Source: Fimicolochytrium jonesii (Eukaryota). Taken from it: a stretch of DNA of 64,000 nt. The stretch lies in assembly GCF_025526975.1 (NCBI RefSeq), contig NW_026515672.1, forward strand, positions 806,001-870,000. Reading direction: 5' to 3'. Below, piece after piece: positions 48,709 through 62,165 of the stretch. Below the pieces are notes generated by a model that did not search any database, was not told the origin of the DNA, and worked only from the letters and a program-made list of their open reading frames with translations. Position 1 is the stretch's first letter. Each line of letters starts with the position of its first letter. The translations under genes were made by a program, and so were the position numbers.

Positions 48709-51700
48709 TTACTGCATCTCGGGATCGGCATCGCGACTGCGACTGGACTTTGTCTTGCGCGCATAATTATGACGTTTGCAGTAGCCCTTCACGTACTCCG
48801 AGATACCCGCCTTCGTCTTCTCAGAGAGGGTGTCGCGCGCCGAATGGCCGTGCTTTATCTCCTTCTCAACCAGCGCTCGAGTAATCTGTGCACGAGTAGG
48901 TAAGATGTGAGTATATTCGGGTCATGCTGGAATCCATTCTCAGGGAGTAAGAACCGTACCTGCTTCGCTCGCTCTTTGAAGATCTCTGGTGGAAGGTCAT
49001 GGCTTGAGAGTACTTTGACGACGTAAGCAGTAACCTGAGGGAAGACGAATGTGAGCGAAAAGCCTGACCAGGTCGATCAGCAGGCGAGGCTCTTTCCCAC
49101 GTACCGCTTGTTTTCTTTTCTTCGGGTAATCGGTCGATGAAGAGAAGGAGCTCCCGCCGGCCCCATGCTTGAGTTGCTCTACAAGCACACTCTGGGGCGG
49201 ACTATGCGAATGCGCACTGTCTGTAGGTTGTGATGGCGACGCTGGTATCCCGTTGTGCAATTCTTCAATCGGAATCGCTTGGGCCGTCGGAAATTCCCAC
49301 TGCGTCTTATTGTTGATATCGTAGTAGTAAATAACGCCCTCAGGGGTGATGGTGCTGCTCCACCCCGCCGGCAGTGGCGGCGCACTGTCGGGATCAAAGG
49401 AGGGTGGAGGTGGTGGTCGTCGATCATCACGGTCGCGGTCACGTTCCCGTTCCCGGTACCGGTCCCTGTCCCGATCGCGGTCGCGTGGGTCTTCGTTCCG
49501 GTATGCTTCCCTGGACGGTGCATATGAATGGTAGCTATCCGACTCGGATCTTGACGGTCTGTAGGATGTTTCGTTGCTGTGGTACGAGTAATCGCGGGAG
49601 TGCTCCACTCGATGAATCTCGGGTCGGTGGGGCTCGGGGTATCTGCGATATTCGTCAATCTGGGCGCTGGATGAGGACCAGCTTCCGCTTCGCTCGGGAT
49701 AAACACCATGCCTTGGCGGCCCAATGCTCTCGCGGCCTGGTAATGATGAGTAAGAGGGCTGTGACCGATAGTCATGCCTGCGTATGGAGTCTTCCAACTG
49801 TGTCCGATTTGGCTCTTCCTGTTTGATGACTGGTTCGTCCTTTCTGTATCTTTTCGATGGAGGTGAGCCCGGTGGCCTTCGCGCGTCATGCTCATCGTAG
49901 GAACGTTTGGGTATGCTGTTGGTGGCATCCGGTATTGCAATACTGTCCTTCGGAACTTCCGTGTTTCCAGTGGCCTAATGGATGGCGGAGAGGCAGGTTT
50001 TAGTTTTACGCTTACTCTATGCGCGAATTCACGTCGCCATACCTGCAATGGCACGGCTCGCTTCGGGATCTTATAGGCTTTCTCCAAGGTGGACCACTTC
50101 TCCAGCAGCTGCATTCGCAGAAAAACGGGTGTGAGGAGGATTTGGCGTGATCTTTCGTGCTTAACATAAAGTTACCTCTTTCGCTGCAGTTGATATGTCT
50201 ACGTTCGGCAACGCAGCGGTTTTTACAATGCACGCTTCCAGCTTCTCGTTCCTCGTAGCAACAGGAAGCGCTCGCAAGATTCTCAAAACCTAAAGTTCCA
50301 CACATCAGTAACATGAGCACAGACGACACAAAGCGATTCCTGGGCCTTCCATACCTGGATGGGGATCTCCTCCGATTGCCCAATGTAACTGTCTAGGCAC
50401 CACTTGAGTACCGTGAGCCCTCGGATCCATATGAAGCGCCTTTGAAAGTTGGCATCGAGGCTCTGCGAAGTTTCCCAATTAGCCGTCCGATGCTCTTCAA
50501 GCTTCCAGACCCATTCTTCCTCACCTCCACAGCATCCAGAAATCCGATAAGTCGGTTTCTGTTACTGACGTTCCGCACAAGGGCGCGCATTAACACCTTG
50601 AGATCATCCATGGTATGCACTCTAACGGACGCCTGGACCGTGGTTGAAGTCAGATCCCGTACGTTGCTCTAATCGTGCGGACAGATTCCAAATGCTTACC
50701 GCTCTCGCATCAAGATCGCCCTCATAGTCCGAATCATCTCCTCCCTTCTTGGGACGACGATTTGCCTTCGCTGTCTCAATAGTGTCGTCTTCAAGATCTC
50801 CGCCCTCATCTGCGTGCCACGTAACCGTCAGAAACCGTGCCTCCAGCCGCACTACGACCATTTGCGCCTTACCAGCAATCTGCCCTATCGCCAGCTCATC
50901 AGCTTGCTTTCCTCCGATAAAGCCAGAGCAATTCGATGATCCGCAGTAGCAGGATTGCGCTTTCGCTCTACACGGATTCAAGTCAGTTTCCACCGACATC
51001 AAAAAACCTCCTCAGATCGAAGCCTACCCGTATCTCTTGAACTTGTAATCGAACGTGAATTCCTCTCCAACCGCAATGTCCTTTAACGTAAACATCCCGA
51101 TCCGCCAGCGCTCCCCAACAATCCATTTATGCAACGCGCAGTTTGGATCGCAGCTGTGATTCATGAACCGAGACACGTTGCCCTTTCGACCTGCGTCTAT
51201 GAACTGCACGTAGGAGTTACATCCACCAATCAGTATCGGATGGTAAAATGCCACATGTCTATGTCCCCCTCGTACCTCGTTCGCCTTCAAGCTCATGAAA
51301 TAGAAATGCTTCACTCCCTCCTTATCGTACTCCTGCGTTCGCTTCTTGAACATCGTCGATGTAATGACTTCGCCACAGTACTCGATCACAAAGGAACCCC
51401 TATGAACAACCGTCGGTACCACATGTCAGAGGGTCATCCCCCCATGTGAATTCGCAAACGTTCTCTGGCAACTTACGCCCGTATGGGTGCAGTGGCGCGA
51501 AGTCCAAATCCCTTCTTGGCCGTCTCGAAGATTTCCATAGGGGCATACTGACGCTTCTGAAACCTACACAGCACAATTTCGGCATCAGTTTCCGCTATTC
51601 TTACAGAATCGCACAGTTTCGACATCCAGGCTAAGCGGCTCACTTTTGGTTCTGACAGTACTGCCCGGCCGGACAAGAATCGGCGACACACTCTATGTAT

Positions 51701-52418
51701 AGCTCGCGATTTATGCAATTTGCGTCATATCCGCATGCTTGATGTTGCATATCTTGGCCTATTCCGGGGCAGAAACCCCATTCAGCATTCCAACGTAATC
51801 TCCGTACTCCTTGCAGTCGACGCTCTGCCAACCTGGTTCGTAGGTACAGTCGCAAACCATGTATTCCTCAGTCGGCGTCCTCCCATTCGCTCCACCCTTA
51901 TATTCATTCTCCACGATATGCGTATACACCTCCATAACCCGGTCGTAGATGTCCGGACTGCAAAATATCTGCCTGTCATTGGCCGACACGGACCCTCGCT
52001 TCGATTTCGGTGGCCTTGGCGGCGGTGGGGAAGTGTCGGAGGTGGAGGGCCCGCCGTCGACATGGGTCCCATTCGTTCGTGGAAATGCAACGTTTTTCGA
52101 TAGGCTGTCCGTCACGGCCACCCGATGTATACCCTCGTCGCCTTCCCAAGCTCCTAACCCGTTGCTGAACCTATCTGAGTCGATCATAGCTTCGGTAGCG
52201 GATCCGCAGTTTCGCACAGCTCCCCGGTCGCCCCCTCTGTCGAATTCCAATTCCGCTGCGCACGTTCTTGGCTGAGACAAAACTCCACCCATGCACCGCT
52301 GTCCAAAGTCCTCTCTTCCGCTTGAACTGGTCCTTCTCGGGCCGACGGCGTATGTATCTGCTTGGTGAAGGGGTCTTCCTGTCTGTCGGCTTTGCTCTTG
52401 AGGGGACCCCACATTCAC
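48709..52418 (-). CDS. SET2: Histone H3K36 methyltransferase Set2 (AWS-SET-postSET, WW, SRI-like); start not resolved
   Basis: [49 protein letters not shown] and post[17 protein letters not shown]. The WW domain reads [18 protein letters not shown]...TQWEFP, and a basic helical C-terminal domain ends at TAA 48711-48709. Confidence 0.92.
49420..49490 (-). repeat. Arg-Asp/Glu dipeptide low-complexity tract in Set2
   Basis: [23 protein letters not shown]. Confidence 0.7.
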
Positions 52419-52781
52419 AAGGGGTGCTTCCTGGGCCTATACCCAAGCCCGCACCCTTGTGGCAGCTCACGTGACAGAGCTATTTAAATTGGCATTTTCC
52501 AGATGTTCCCCGCTTCTCGAGTTTCCCACTCCGCTGCTCGACTTCTCCCATTTCCCAAGGCTCAAGGCAAAGTGCGGCCAGCATTCCGACCCATGTATTC
52601 AAACAGTATTGAATACAGCACACTAATCCGAAAGCTTCTATCAAAATCGCCTATACTAAGAACAATTACGCCGTAACCATTAGGGAAAACAAACCGAGGT
52701 GACAAGAGGGGATGGAGGGACAGAGGTGCATTAAGTATCGACCTACGATAGTTATCCAGCATTCCCTTAGCATGCGCAGAA

Positions 52782-54050
52782 TCAATGTCGCGCATTCAAT
52801 ACGGGGTGCTTATTCTTGTGAACCCACGGTATCCCAGACGGCGGTGGAGTGGGAAACTGGCGATAGATGACGCAGAGCTCGCAGAAAAGTCCAAAGATGA
52901 GCGTGCACAGGCCAGTGGCTATCATCGCCACTCTGCCCTGAGTCGACGTCAGCAACTGCGAGAGGCCGTCAGCGATCTGATCCCCAGACTGGCTTACGGG
53001 GTGCTTCAGTGCCTTGAATTCGAGAATGCCGACGAAGACAAATATTCCCGCTCGTCCCAAGTATCCGATGTGCCCAAGGGTGAGCAACATCCATCGCTCC
53101 CACTTCTGATTGGCCCGGCGCCAGTTAATCTCAGAATGCCATCTCTTTGTCAAGGCATTCTGCAGTTGGGTGAGGCACGCGATGAGGAACGCGACGCCCA
53201 TGAGCACGAGCATCGTGCGGCCGAGGATCGTTTCACGCCAGCAGTTCGGGTAGCAGCTTGGGGGTTTGTTTTTGTAGTTGTTGAGCAGCATAATGACGAT
53301 GTAATACGAGTATGCGATGTACACTCCTCCGCTTACGGCTGGCGAAAGTCGGAAGCGGAAGAAGTTGCCCAAGTTTGACAGCTTTGCCTATAAATGGTAG
53401 TTGATGCGATGAGGCATAGGCATTCATGGAATGCGATAAAGAACCCAACGACTGCTTACATCTCGGCCTTGATACGTGAGGCATTCCCAAAATCTCCATA
53501 TAGAATAGCACCACAGAGCTATTAGCAGCAGAACGCAGTTAGAGACTCTCTTCGAGTGTGTGAGCTGTGAGTAGCGACAAGATTCTCACCGATCAATAAA
53601 ACAAAGAGTGCTCCGGAGCCAGACTTGACGTCTCCTATCATAACAAAAGCGCCCTGTTGCGGAATCGTTCGAGGTCAGAACAAGGTTCTTGAAACAGCTG
53701 GGCAGTGAGGCAGACCGAGGTTAACCGTTACAGACCTTGGGACTCTCTTCATACTCCTTATCGTCCAACTTTGCCCCGCTGGCAACCGTCATTCCTCCTA
53801 CGAGACCGTATATGACGCCCTTCGCTCCAAAGCCAATGCGCCCTACTATCCGCTGCAATGTTGCCCACCAAGGGGACGCCGAGTCTGGGTGCTGCATGGA
53901 GTAGTACCATGCTCTGAACCCGCGCTCCACCTTGTCGCGGTATTCGTGAGCGTGGGCGGCTATATCCCCTGAGGCGCTGTGGTGAATTGCCGTGGGCAGG
54001 ACGCTGTGGTCCGCGCTCTTCTCTGCTTGTTTTGTGAAGGGATTCCTCAT
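52782..54050 (-). CDS. DUF1206-like multi-pass membrane protein; multi-exon
   Basis: Repeated units GRIGFGAKGVIYGLVG and GHIGYLGRAGIFVFVG, an intervening GR-led TM helix (LGRTMLVLMGVAF) and a terminal GLSQL...GRVAMIATGL..FGLF. Confidence 0.7.
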
Positions 54051-55276
54051 GGCGGCTGCTGTCGGCTCGTCGGGCGAGGAGTGAGCGCTGAGGGAGATAA
54101 CTTGGTGCGAGAGAGGATGCGTCGGCACTGACTCGGCAGTTTTGTTGTCTTCCTACAGTCGGGCCTTCTGGGTCGGTGTCGTTTGTTGAACGTTGTTTCA
54201 ATTGAGGGGGTCAAAGCCTCTCTTGCCCACGAAGCTTCGAGCGAGTTCAAGCCTCGGAAGGCTGAATTTGAAGGATTTTGGCGAGACGGGAGATCGACGT
54301 CACCCTTGTGCGCCCTCAACTTCTCTACGAATCTACGATCTATGCCGATCCTCCGCCAGCGACATGGTACTGTACTTATATCATATCTACAGCTCCCTGC
54401 TCAACTTGGAATACAAGGCCCAAGCTGAGACCCAGCTGAAAGGATGTGCAACGGAGATCAGAGACCAGGCTCAAAGAAGCCGTTCGGACCCTTCGGTTGC
54501 ATTTGCTCACCAGATTTCGCACGATGGCAGTAAGTCCTCGAATCTTTGGAGCTCAAGGCGAAGATCCCAAAAGCTGTCAGATGATGAAGCTGCTACTCAA
54601 TGAAGGGCAGGGCGGGCGTCGGCATCTTGTGTACGTACAACAACAATAGATGGATCATGATGTCCCTCTCCTCACAATTCAGCCGTGATTCTGGAGAACC
54701 ACTCTTCTCTGAGGCAGCCTCAGGCAGCAGCCTCAATTTCAAAAGCTCAGACTGTCGGAGCATCTTCATTCGGAAGCGATGATGGCCTCCGATGCGCTGG
54801 CTATTCTTTCACACTCAATCTGACCACTGGCACTGCCGCCTCGCTCCAAAACAGCAGCATTGCTATTCACCGCCCGATACCCAGATGAGCTGCCTTGCCG
54901 TGAGGCTACGTGAGCGGGCACTCTGCGCTCTGAGGGTGTGTGTGACCAGCCCGTCGGGAAGCGGGCGCCTCTCGGAGCTCATCAGTGACCGACTCGGCGG
55001 TCTCACTGTCTCAGATGCGGTGTGGCCCTTTTTGCGGCGTGTTTCATCTTTTCGCGGTTGTGGCCCAACCCATTATGCTCCCTTCCGACCTTCGTCACTT
55101 GGATATCCATTTACGTACGTATAGACGGTGGACGGGAGCTGAAGCAGTCTATATCATTGTAAAGCTGGCCACCTTGTCGAGCAGCAGGGCGTATACCTTG
55201 AATATACGCACATTGGGCTCCATTTTCGAGACTCGCTGACCAGTCCCAACGCCGTTCACAAGACAAACCAGCAACA

Positions 55277-58200
55277 ATGTCTGACGATTCATCAGCTACT
55301 GACCTCGTTGGCCTGTTTTCGGCCACAGGGATCCAGCTGGCTGTGTCGGCAGGTCTTATGGTCGGGTTCTCTATCCTACGGCCGAAAAACCGGGTCGTGT
55401 ACGAACCTCGAACGAAATTCGCGCCCGAACCGAAACGACCCCAGGCGTTGGATTGGCGTCCAACGGCTTGGGTGAAGCCAGTGCTATTCTCTAAGGATAA
55501 CGACCTAATACCGAAAGTTGGCTTGGTAGGTGAAAGAGCTGGCTCGTCTTAACGGTGCCCGGGGGTGGACTCTTTACTTACCTTACCTGCTGATACTCTA
55601 TCAGGACGCCGTTATCTTCCTGCGGTTCATATGGCTTTCGGCCTTCCTGTTCCTGGTGCTCACTTGTGTCGCGATACCACTCTGCATATTTCACTATTTC
55701 ATGGGGAAGTCCCAATTCGACGAGCCGCGAGATCCTGGAGCTTTCCCTAACCCGGCTCTGGAATCCCTGTCAATGTCGGCACTGAAAAAGAAACCTCACT
55801 TTTTGTGGGTGCATGTTTTCTTACTATACGTGTTCAGCATCTCCGCATACTACTTCCTGTGGAAATTCTGGAAGGAGTGGATTGCCTACCGCCGAGACTA
55901 CTTCGCTGCAAAGGACACACGGGAAGCGCTGCATCAGCGCACTCTGCTGATCACGAACCTGTCCAGCGGAATGCAGTCACCGAAAACATTGACCGGCTTC
56001 CTCAAAACATTGAGGCTACGAGCGGCGCCACAGCAGGTGATCATTGGTCGGGAGGTGGGGAAATTGCCGTCGAACTTCAAAAAGCACAAGCGAGAAACGG
56101 CAGTCTTGGAGGGAGCTCTATGTGAATGTACATACCTCTGCCATCCCTTTGTAGAACAATGTCTTGCTGTTCCCTGACATGCATAACTATCCAGATCTCA
56201 AAAACCCTTACCAGCCAAAGTCGCGGCGGCCAACCCACAACATCAACAAGAAGATAAAGTGTTGTGGCGGAGAACAAGTCGATACGATCGAATACTGTGG
56301 AAAGCGTCTCCATGAATTGGAAGAAGAGATATACGCGGTTAGGGCCAAAAGCGAAGAATCGCTGAAAACCAGCTCGTACGGATTCGCGTCATTCGAGTCA
56401 ATGACCGAAGCTCATAGAGCGGCCAAAGATCTATCGGGGCCAGGTGCCATCACTCTCCGCTCTAACATGTTGAATCCGCCTGCTGTAAAGCAATGTCCCG
56501 ATCCCGGCGACATTATTTGGGCCAGTTTGGAGCTCTCGCCCGCAGTCAGGCGATCGCGTTTCTGGACTTCTTTCCTCCTGGTGACGGGACTGACGATCTC
56601 GTGGTTCTTCATCAGCAGTTTCGTCTCCGGAATGACGAACTTGAAAATTATTCGGAACTACGTGCCGAAATTGGAGGCATACATCTCCGCCCGACGGGAC
56701 TTGACGATTTTCCTGCAGTCGTTTTTCGCGCCCGTCCTCTTTTACTTCCTCAACACGCTTCCGCCTACGATATTTGGGTATCTGGCCAAGTTGAAAGGTG
56801 TCGTGTCCAAAACTGGGGTGGAGAAGAACATCATGACTAGGCAGTTTGCTTTCTTGGGATACCAGTACATCGTGAGTGTCGTATTTGTAGAGGACTACTC
56901 CGCAAAGGACACCTAAGCTTATATCATTTCCCCACTTCTAGGTCATTATTGTTGGGTCATTCTTCATTTCAATCATGGGAGAGTACTTCCGGAATGACGA
57001 CACAACACTGCAGCAGTTCTCCAAAAGGCTTCTAAACGCTCTGAGTACTGCTTTCATGAAGGTGTGTAAAGCTTGAACGCGACATATTGTGGGCCTCTCG
57101 TCGGCATACAAACTCACCGTCATTTTCCCCAGCAATCATCATTCTTCACGACTGTCATCGCCACTGGTTTCACCTCCTCCTCCATCGAGCTTGTCCAGGG
57201 CATTCCTCTTGTGGTGGGCTACATCAAGCGCCACTTCCTCGCCAACACCCCTCGCAAAGAATTCGAGTACAGCCAGCCCCTTCACATGCCTTGGGGAGCC
57301 GTCTACGCCGACCTGCTCACGACATTCGTCATTGCGATGGCGTACGCCCTCGCCACCCCACTCATCCTCCCCTTCGCAGCCTTCTCGTTCCTTGTCAACT
57401 ACATGGTCTACAAGTACCAGTTGCTCTACGTCTACGAGACGAGCAGCGAGACCGGAGGCTCTTGGTGGCCAAAGTTGTTTACAATCCTGTGTATCTGCAT
57501 CGCCGTCTTCCAGTTTATGACTCTGGGCGCTATCCTGGTGGTCACCAGCGCCACGTCGGGTTCCATGGCGAAACACCAGGCGATCGTTATTGGAGTTATT
57601 CTTTGTTTCACGGCGGTCTACTGGTGGTACTGCTCGAGGTACATTGCGCCAAAGGGACAGTTCGCCACGGATTTGATCACGGATGTGGACGAGAAGAACA
57701 ATAATGCGGATCGCGCTCTGGAAGAGGACCATTCTGCGAGCAGCGAGCGTTTGGAAGACGAGCTGTACAATCCTGCCCTTGTCAAACCTTTGTGCAAAGT
57801 GTGGGTATGGAAAGATGCACGCGAAGTCGTGCCCAAGTACTACACACCACTGTACCACGACCTGGACGACTACATCTCCAAATGCACCCCGCCCAAACAA
57901 CCTAGCATGTTCGACATGAGCGCGTACGGCGAGCAAGAACTGGCATCTTCAAAGCAACACCACCACCCACAACGCGACGACAGCCACGCCGCCGTCCGTC
58001 GTAAAAGCACGACCAAGCGAAACGCACAGCGGGTGTTGTCTCACTTGCGGCGAAAACCCATCATCACCGCAGGTGAGGCGCCACCGGAATTGGAAGAGCT
58101 GGCGGAGGACGCAGGCGCCGAGCTGCCGTACATCGCTGTTGATGAGGATGGAAATATGGACGAGCATGGATTGCGTGGGCGCTCGGATTTGGAGTCGCAT

Positions 58201-58776
58201 TGGTTGCGCGGTGACGATCCGCACGGATATCAACCGCAGTCGCCGGCCTCGGTGGATGGGGATGGGGATTTGTCCTCTGGGTTGGGTAACCACCCATCGC
58301 CATCCCGCGGGTTGCAGCAGCAGCAGCAGTCGTACGCTCCTACCATGCAACCCGGCAGATCATACAATCAGTACGCGCGAAGCCAGACGGCGCCCAACAT
58401 CGCTGGCCCCACTGCACCTTCGCCATTGCTCGCACGGCAATGGTCGGATTCGAACATTGCCCACAACATGCACGCGGGCGAGTCGGTCGAGTTGAACGTT
58501 TTACCATCAGCAAACCCCGGACCTCCGCCGCGAAGGATGCCTCAACAACATCAGCTGTACAGCCAACAACATCAACAATATCCACCACAGCCACCATTTC
58601 GTCAACACCCACAACATCCGCATCCCCAGCAGCGAGGGTACGCACCGCAGCCACAGTCGCGGCACGGTGTAATCTCTGCCGCATCGTCTTCGTCGACGCT
58701 GGGCGGTGATGATGGACAGTTTATAGATCCGAGGACGTATCGGTCGACGGAGAATCTGAGGAGGGATAGGCAGTGA
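55277..58776 (+). CDS. CSC1/OSCA/TMEM63 (Rsn1-like) mechano/osmo-gated cation channel; multi-exon
   Basis: FSILRPKNRVVYEPR, GL|DAVIFLRF, RTLLITNL, VDTIEY, SYGFASF, CPDPGDIIWASL and PLILPF...YKYQLLYVYETSSETGGSWWP, followed by a Gln/Pro-rich tail. Confidence 0.93.
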
Positions 58777-59353
58777 GGACTTTAGACAAAAAGACTTGGC
58801 GCACGTACGATACTGGACTGTCCATGTTCATCTCAAGATGTATGCGTGTCTATGTAGTTTAGATGTTTCTGGTTCCGTTTTTGGACTCGGCGTAGGATTC
58901 TTGTCTTGGACAAATTGTATTCATATAATGTATAATCGACCTCACGGTTACCTCACTTCTCTTGTGTTTTGTGAGCTATATGATCCGTATACAGACTGCA
59001 AACCGCCCGACAAGCGAAGGAAGCTTGTGCGCTGAGGAAAGACGATTGGGTCACCACTAGATATAGACCTCCAAACTTGAAGTTGGTCCATCTTCTTACG
59101 CTCGCCCCTGGGAATGTGTGGTTTCATCCAAATGAAATCTTTCTGACCGACACATCTATCTCTCACTCTTTTCTGGTTAGCTACCATACAGACTGCTACA
59201 AATTGACCAACGTGCAGGGGAGAACATGTGGGATTTTGTATAGTTACCAACATACGGGAGTACAATATTTCGGCAGGTTCAAACACCTATCTACAGAGCA
59301 GCCTTTTTTCACGGGATTGGATGTCTAGATTATTGCGCAAGTCAAATCTACAT

Positions 59354-61584
59354 CTAGAGTTTTGCTCCAGACAGCTGAGCGACTTTTATGCTTTGGCGAA
59401 TTCCAAGGTCGATCATAATCTCCTCACTTCCGCCCGGAATCGCATACGCTGAGGAAAACAATTGGGGTCAACACCAGTTGTTGCGAAGGTTAACGCGTCC
59501 AGATACAGCCAATGCAGCCTCACCTCTGACTTCACGGTACAGTCGCTCGACCTTCTCACCCTGGCCGCCGCGGGAGTACGACAAACCACCAAAGATCTGA
59601 GCGGCTTCACGGGCGCAGAACTCCATTGTCTGGGTGGACTGTACTTTCAGCAACGCAATGGGTCCGCCAAGCTTTAGCATTTGGAGGTCATGTGGCATCG
59701 TGACGGTTTGGTATATGAGTGACTCCATCCAAGCGTGGGTTGCCTCGACCATTCGAACCCTTTGTAATAAGAGCGGGAGGTCAGTTTCTCATTGGCTGGA
59801 TGAAACTTCTTGTTCCCCGCGGAATGAAGGAATCATGAGCTTACATGTGTCCAAGCTTGTTCCGAATCACTGGGTGGTCGATGAGCTTCTTGCCAAATGT
59901 ACGTCGCTTGTGACTGGTGAAAAGTGAGGTCCGCGAGTATTCTCTTCTACTAGATGGACTACTACCACTATTGAGCCGGAAAACTTACGCGTATTTCATG
60001 CACTCTTCGACGCATACACGGGCGAAACGAGTTGCCTGGATACAGATTCCCATGCGCTCGTGGTTAAAGTTGAACATGATGCACTGGAAGCAAGAAAGCC
60101 AAATCAGAACATTATCTTCGTACAATCCTGCTTGGCAGTGAAAGGTCCTAGCTTACCTTGAAACCCTTGTTCTCCTTGCCAATCAAGTTCTCGACAGGGA
60201 CCTTGACATCCTCGAAGGTGATGTACGACGTTCCAGACGCCCACACACCCATGCACTGCATCTGCCTGGTGGTAACGCCGGGCATGTCACGCTCAACGAG
60301 AAGGAGCGAGACTCCATTCATGCCCTCACCGCCGGTACGACTGATATCGGAGTTAGTGCCAATATATGGTTACTTCGCGACCCATCGAACACTCACCAAG
60401 CAACGGTGAAGTAGTCCGCGAAGGTGCCGTTTGTGATCCACTTCTTCTCACCGTTCAACTGAAAGAGGCGCGACCGGGTCAACCGACTGTCCACAACGAC
60501 ATCCATCATATAACATGCACTTACAATGTAGTGCTTTCCGTCAGCAGTCTTCTTCGCGGTGCACGTCAGGTTGGCAACGTCGGAACCTGCAGCCGGCTCG
60601 GTGATAGCCAAGCAGATGTTTTTGCGGCCAGCCAGGCAATCGGGGACAACCTTGTTCTTGAGGTAATCCGAACCGAAGTGCACAACAGGAGGCAATCCAA
60701 TGCCAAGCCCACCGATCAGTCCCCAGAGGACACCACCAGACCCACAGCGGGAAAGCTCATCGCAGATGATGAATTCGTGGAAAGAGTCGAATTCTATGGT
60801 GCAAGAGTTGTGCATTAGTGAGGAGACAACCACAGTCTCCGTTATGTATGACGAGCAGCCTCCTACTCACCTTCGGGCTTCACGTCGCCAATGGGTCCTC
60901 GCTCCGCGTACTTTGTGGGCCAAGGAGAACCGGCAATTCCTTGCAAAATACCCGCCTTCGCTGCTTTGATGAAGAGCTCTTTGGGAATGCGTTTCGCCTC
61001 ATCCCATTCGTGGCAGAAAGGCATGATCTCCTTCTCAACGAACTGTCTCATTGCCGCCCGTACTCTCCTGTGACTCTCGTTGTAGTACGGGGATCCCCAG
61101 TCCTGGAGGAACAACTTCTTGAGGACATGGCGTGGCATAACAGCTCAGGCTGAAGGCCACGACACCCACCTGGTACCAGCTGGGGTCACCGAATGGCACG
61201 CCCTCGCCGAACGCATCACCCTCTTCCAAGCCTTCCAAAGGCTCCTCCGCAGCAGGAGCGTCGCTCGACGGAGCCGACAAGCCGTCTCCAACGTCGCCGA
61301 TATAGAGCTTTGGGCCATACTTGTCCATAATAGCCTTGTTGTGAAACTGGTCAAACTGCTTCGAGGCGTCCTTTCCTGCGACCTTCAGAATGATTTTCTT
61401 CCCTCCGGGGTGATCGGATAGGAAGTTGGTGACATCGTAGACTTTGCCGTGAACGATGATCTAAGCAATTACACGTGAGTCAAGAAAAGTCCGCCAAACT
61501 GCTGGGCTGGCTTTTCTGGGAACATACCCAGATGTCCTTCTCGGACGTGTGGGTTGCGACTTGCTCTGTGGTATAGGATGGCAT
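59354..61584 (-). CDS. Cytochrome b5-fused acyl-CoA dehydrogenase, peroxisomal (PTS1); multi-exon
   Basis: b5 domain [24 protein letters not shown] motifs [31 protein letters not shown] and QIFGGLSY; C-terminus [17 protein letters not shown]...GAKL*. Confidence 0.93.
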
Positions 61585-62165
61585 AGCGAGGACTGAGTTT
61601 GTTCTTGTATGGCTTATACTAGCTGTACTTTAAGCGGAGGGAATGGCGGTGGGAAAAAGGAGTCCTTATATTAGGGCGGATACTGAATACCGAACCCTGG
61701 ATAGTACTGAGCTTTGTGGGGCGCCGCCTGCTGCTGTGCTCATCAGCGTTAGCGTTGAGGATCGCGCGTGGGAACAACCTTGCGCGTGACGCTCTTTGCA
61801 CATGAAAGTAGGCGCACAGCGAGGACTCACAGTTCAGACCCCTCACGTGGGCAAATTATACTTGCTATTCCCCTCCTTGTGGCACTGACCGCAAGATATC
61901 AACTCCGACGGTACTGCTCCCGTCGTCTCATTATGGGCCGTACTATCATCACTCTGGATTTTGCGCATGCGTCTCAGAGCTGCGTATTTCACCATTTGGA
62001 GGCCCATGACATCTTATGCTACTTGTGAAGTGTGTTGAAGAACAGCGAGTGATGTGTTTCATTCTGACCATCGTCCTTTATTTGCCTGTGCTTCTACATA
62101 CACTCTACGAGAGGACTCTACATCTACAGCATACAGGTGGAGCGTACAGCCAATCCCAACACCAT

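Noticed and set aside
54193..55124. Short ORFs between the DUF1206-like and CSC1 genes
   Set aside because: No motif or consistent splice pattern; probably divergent promoter and UTR sequence.
57139..57936. 265-aa minus-strand ORF and other overlapping ORFs
   Set aside because: Antisense or off-frame shadows of the codon-biased CSC1/OSCA exon.
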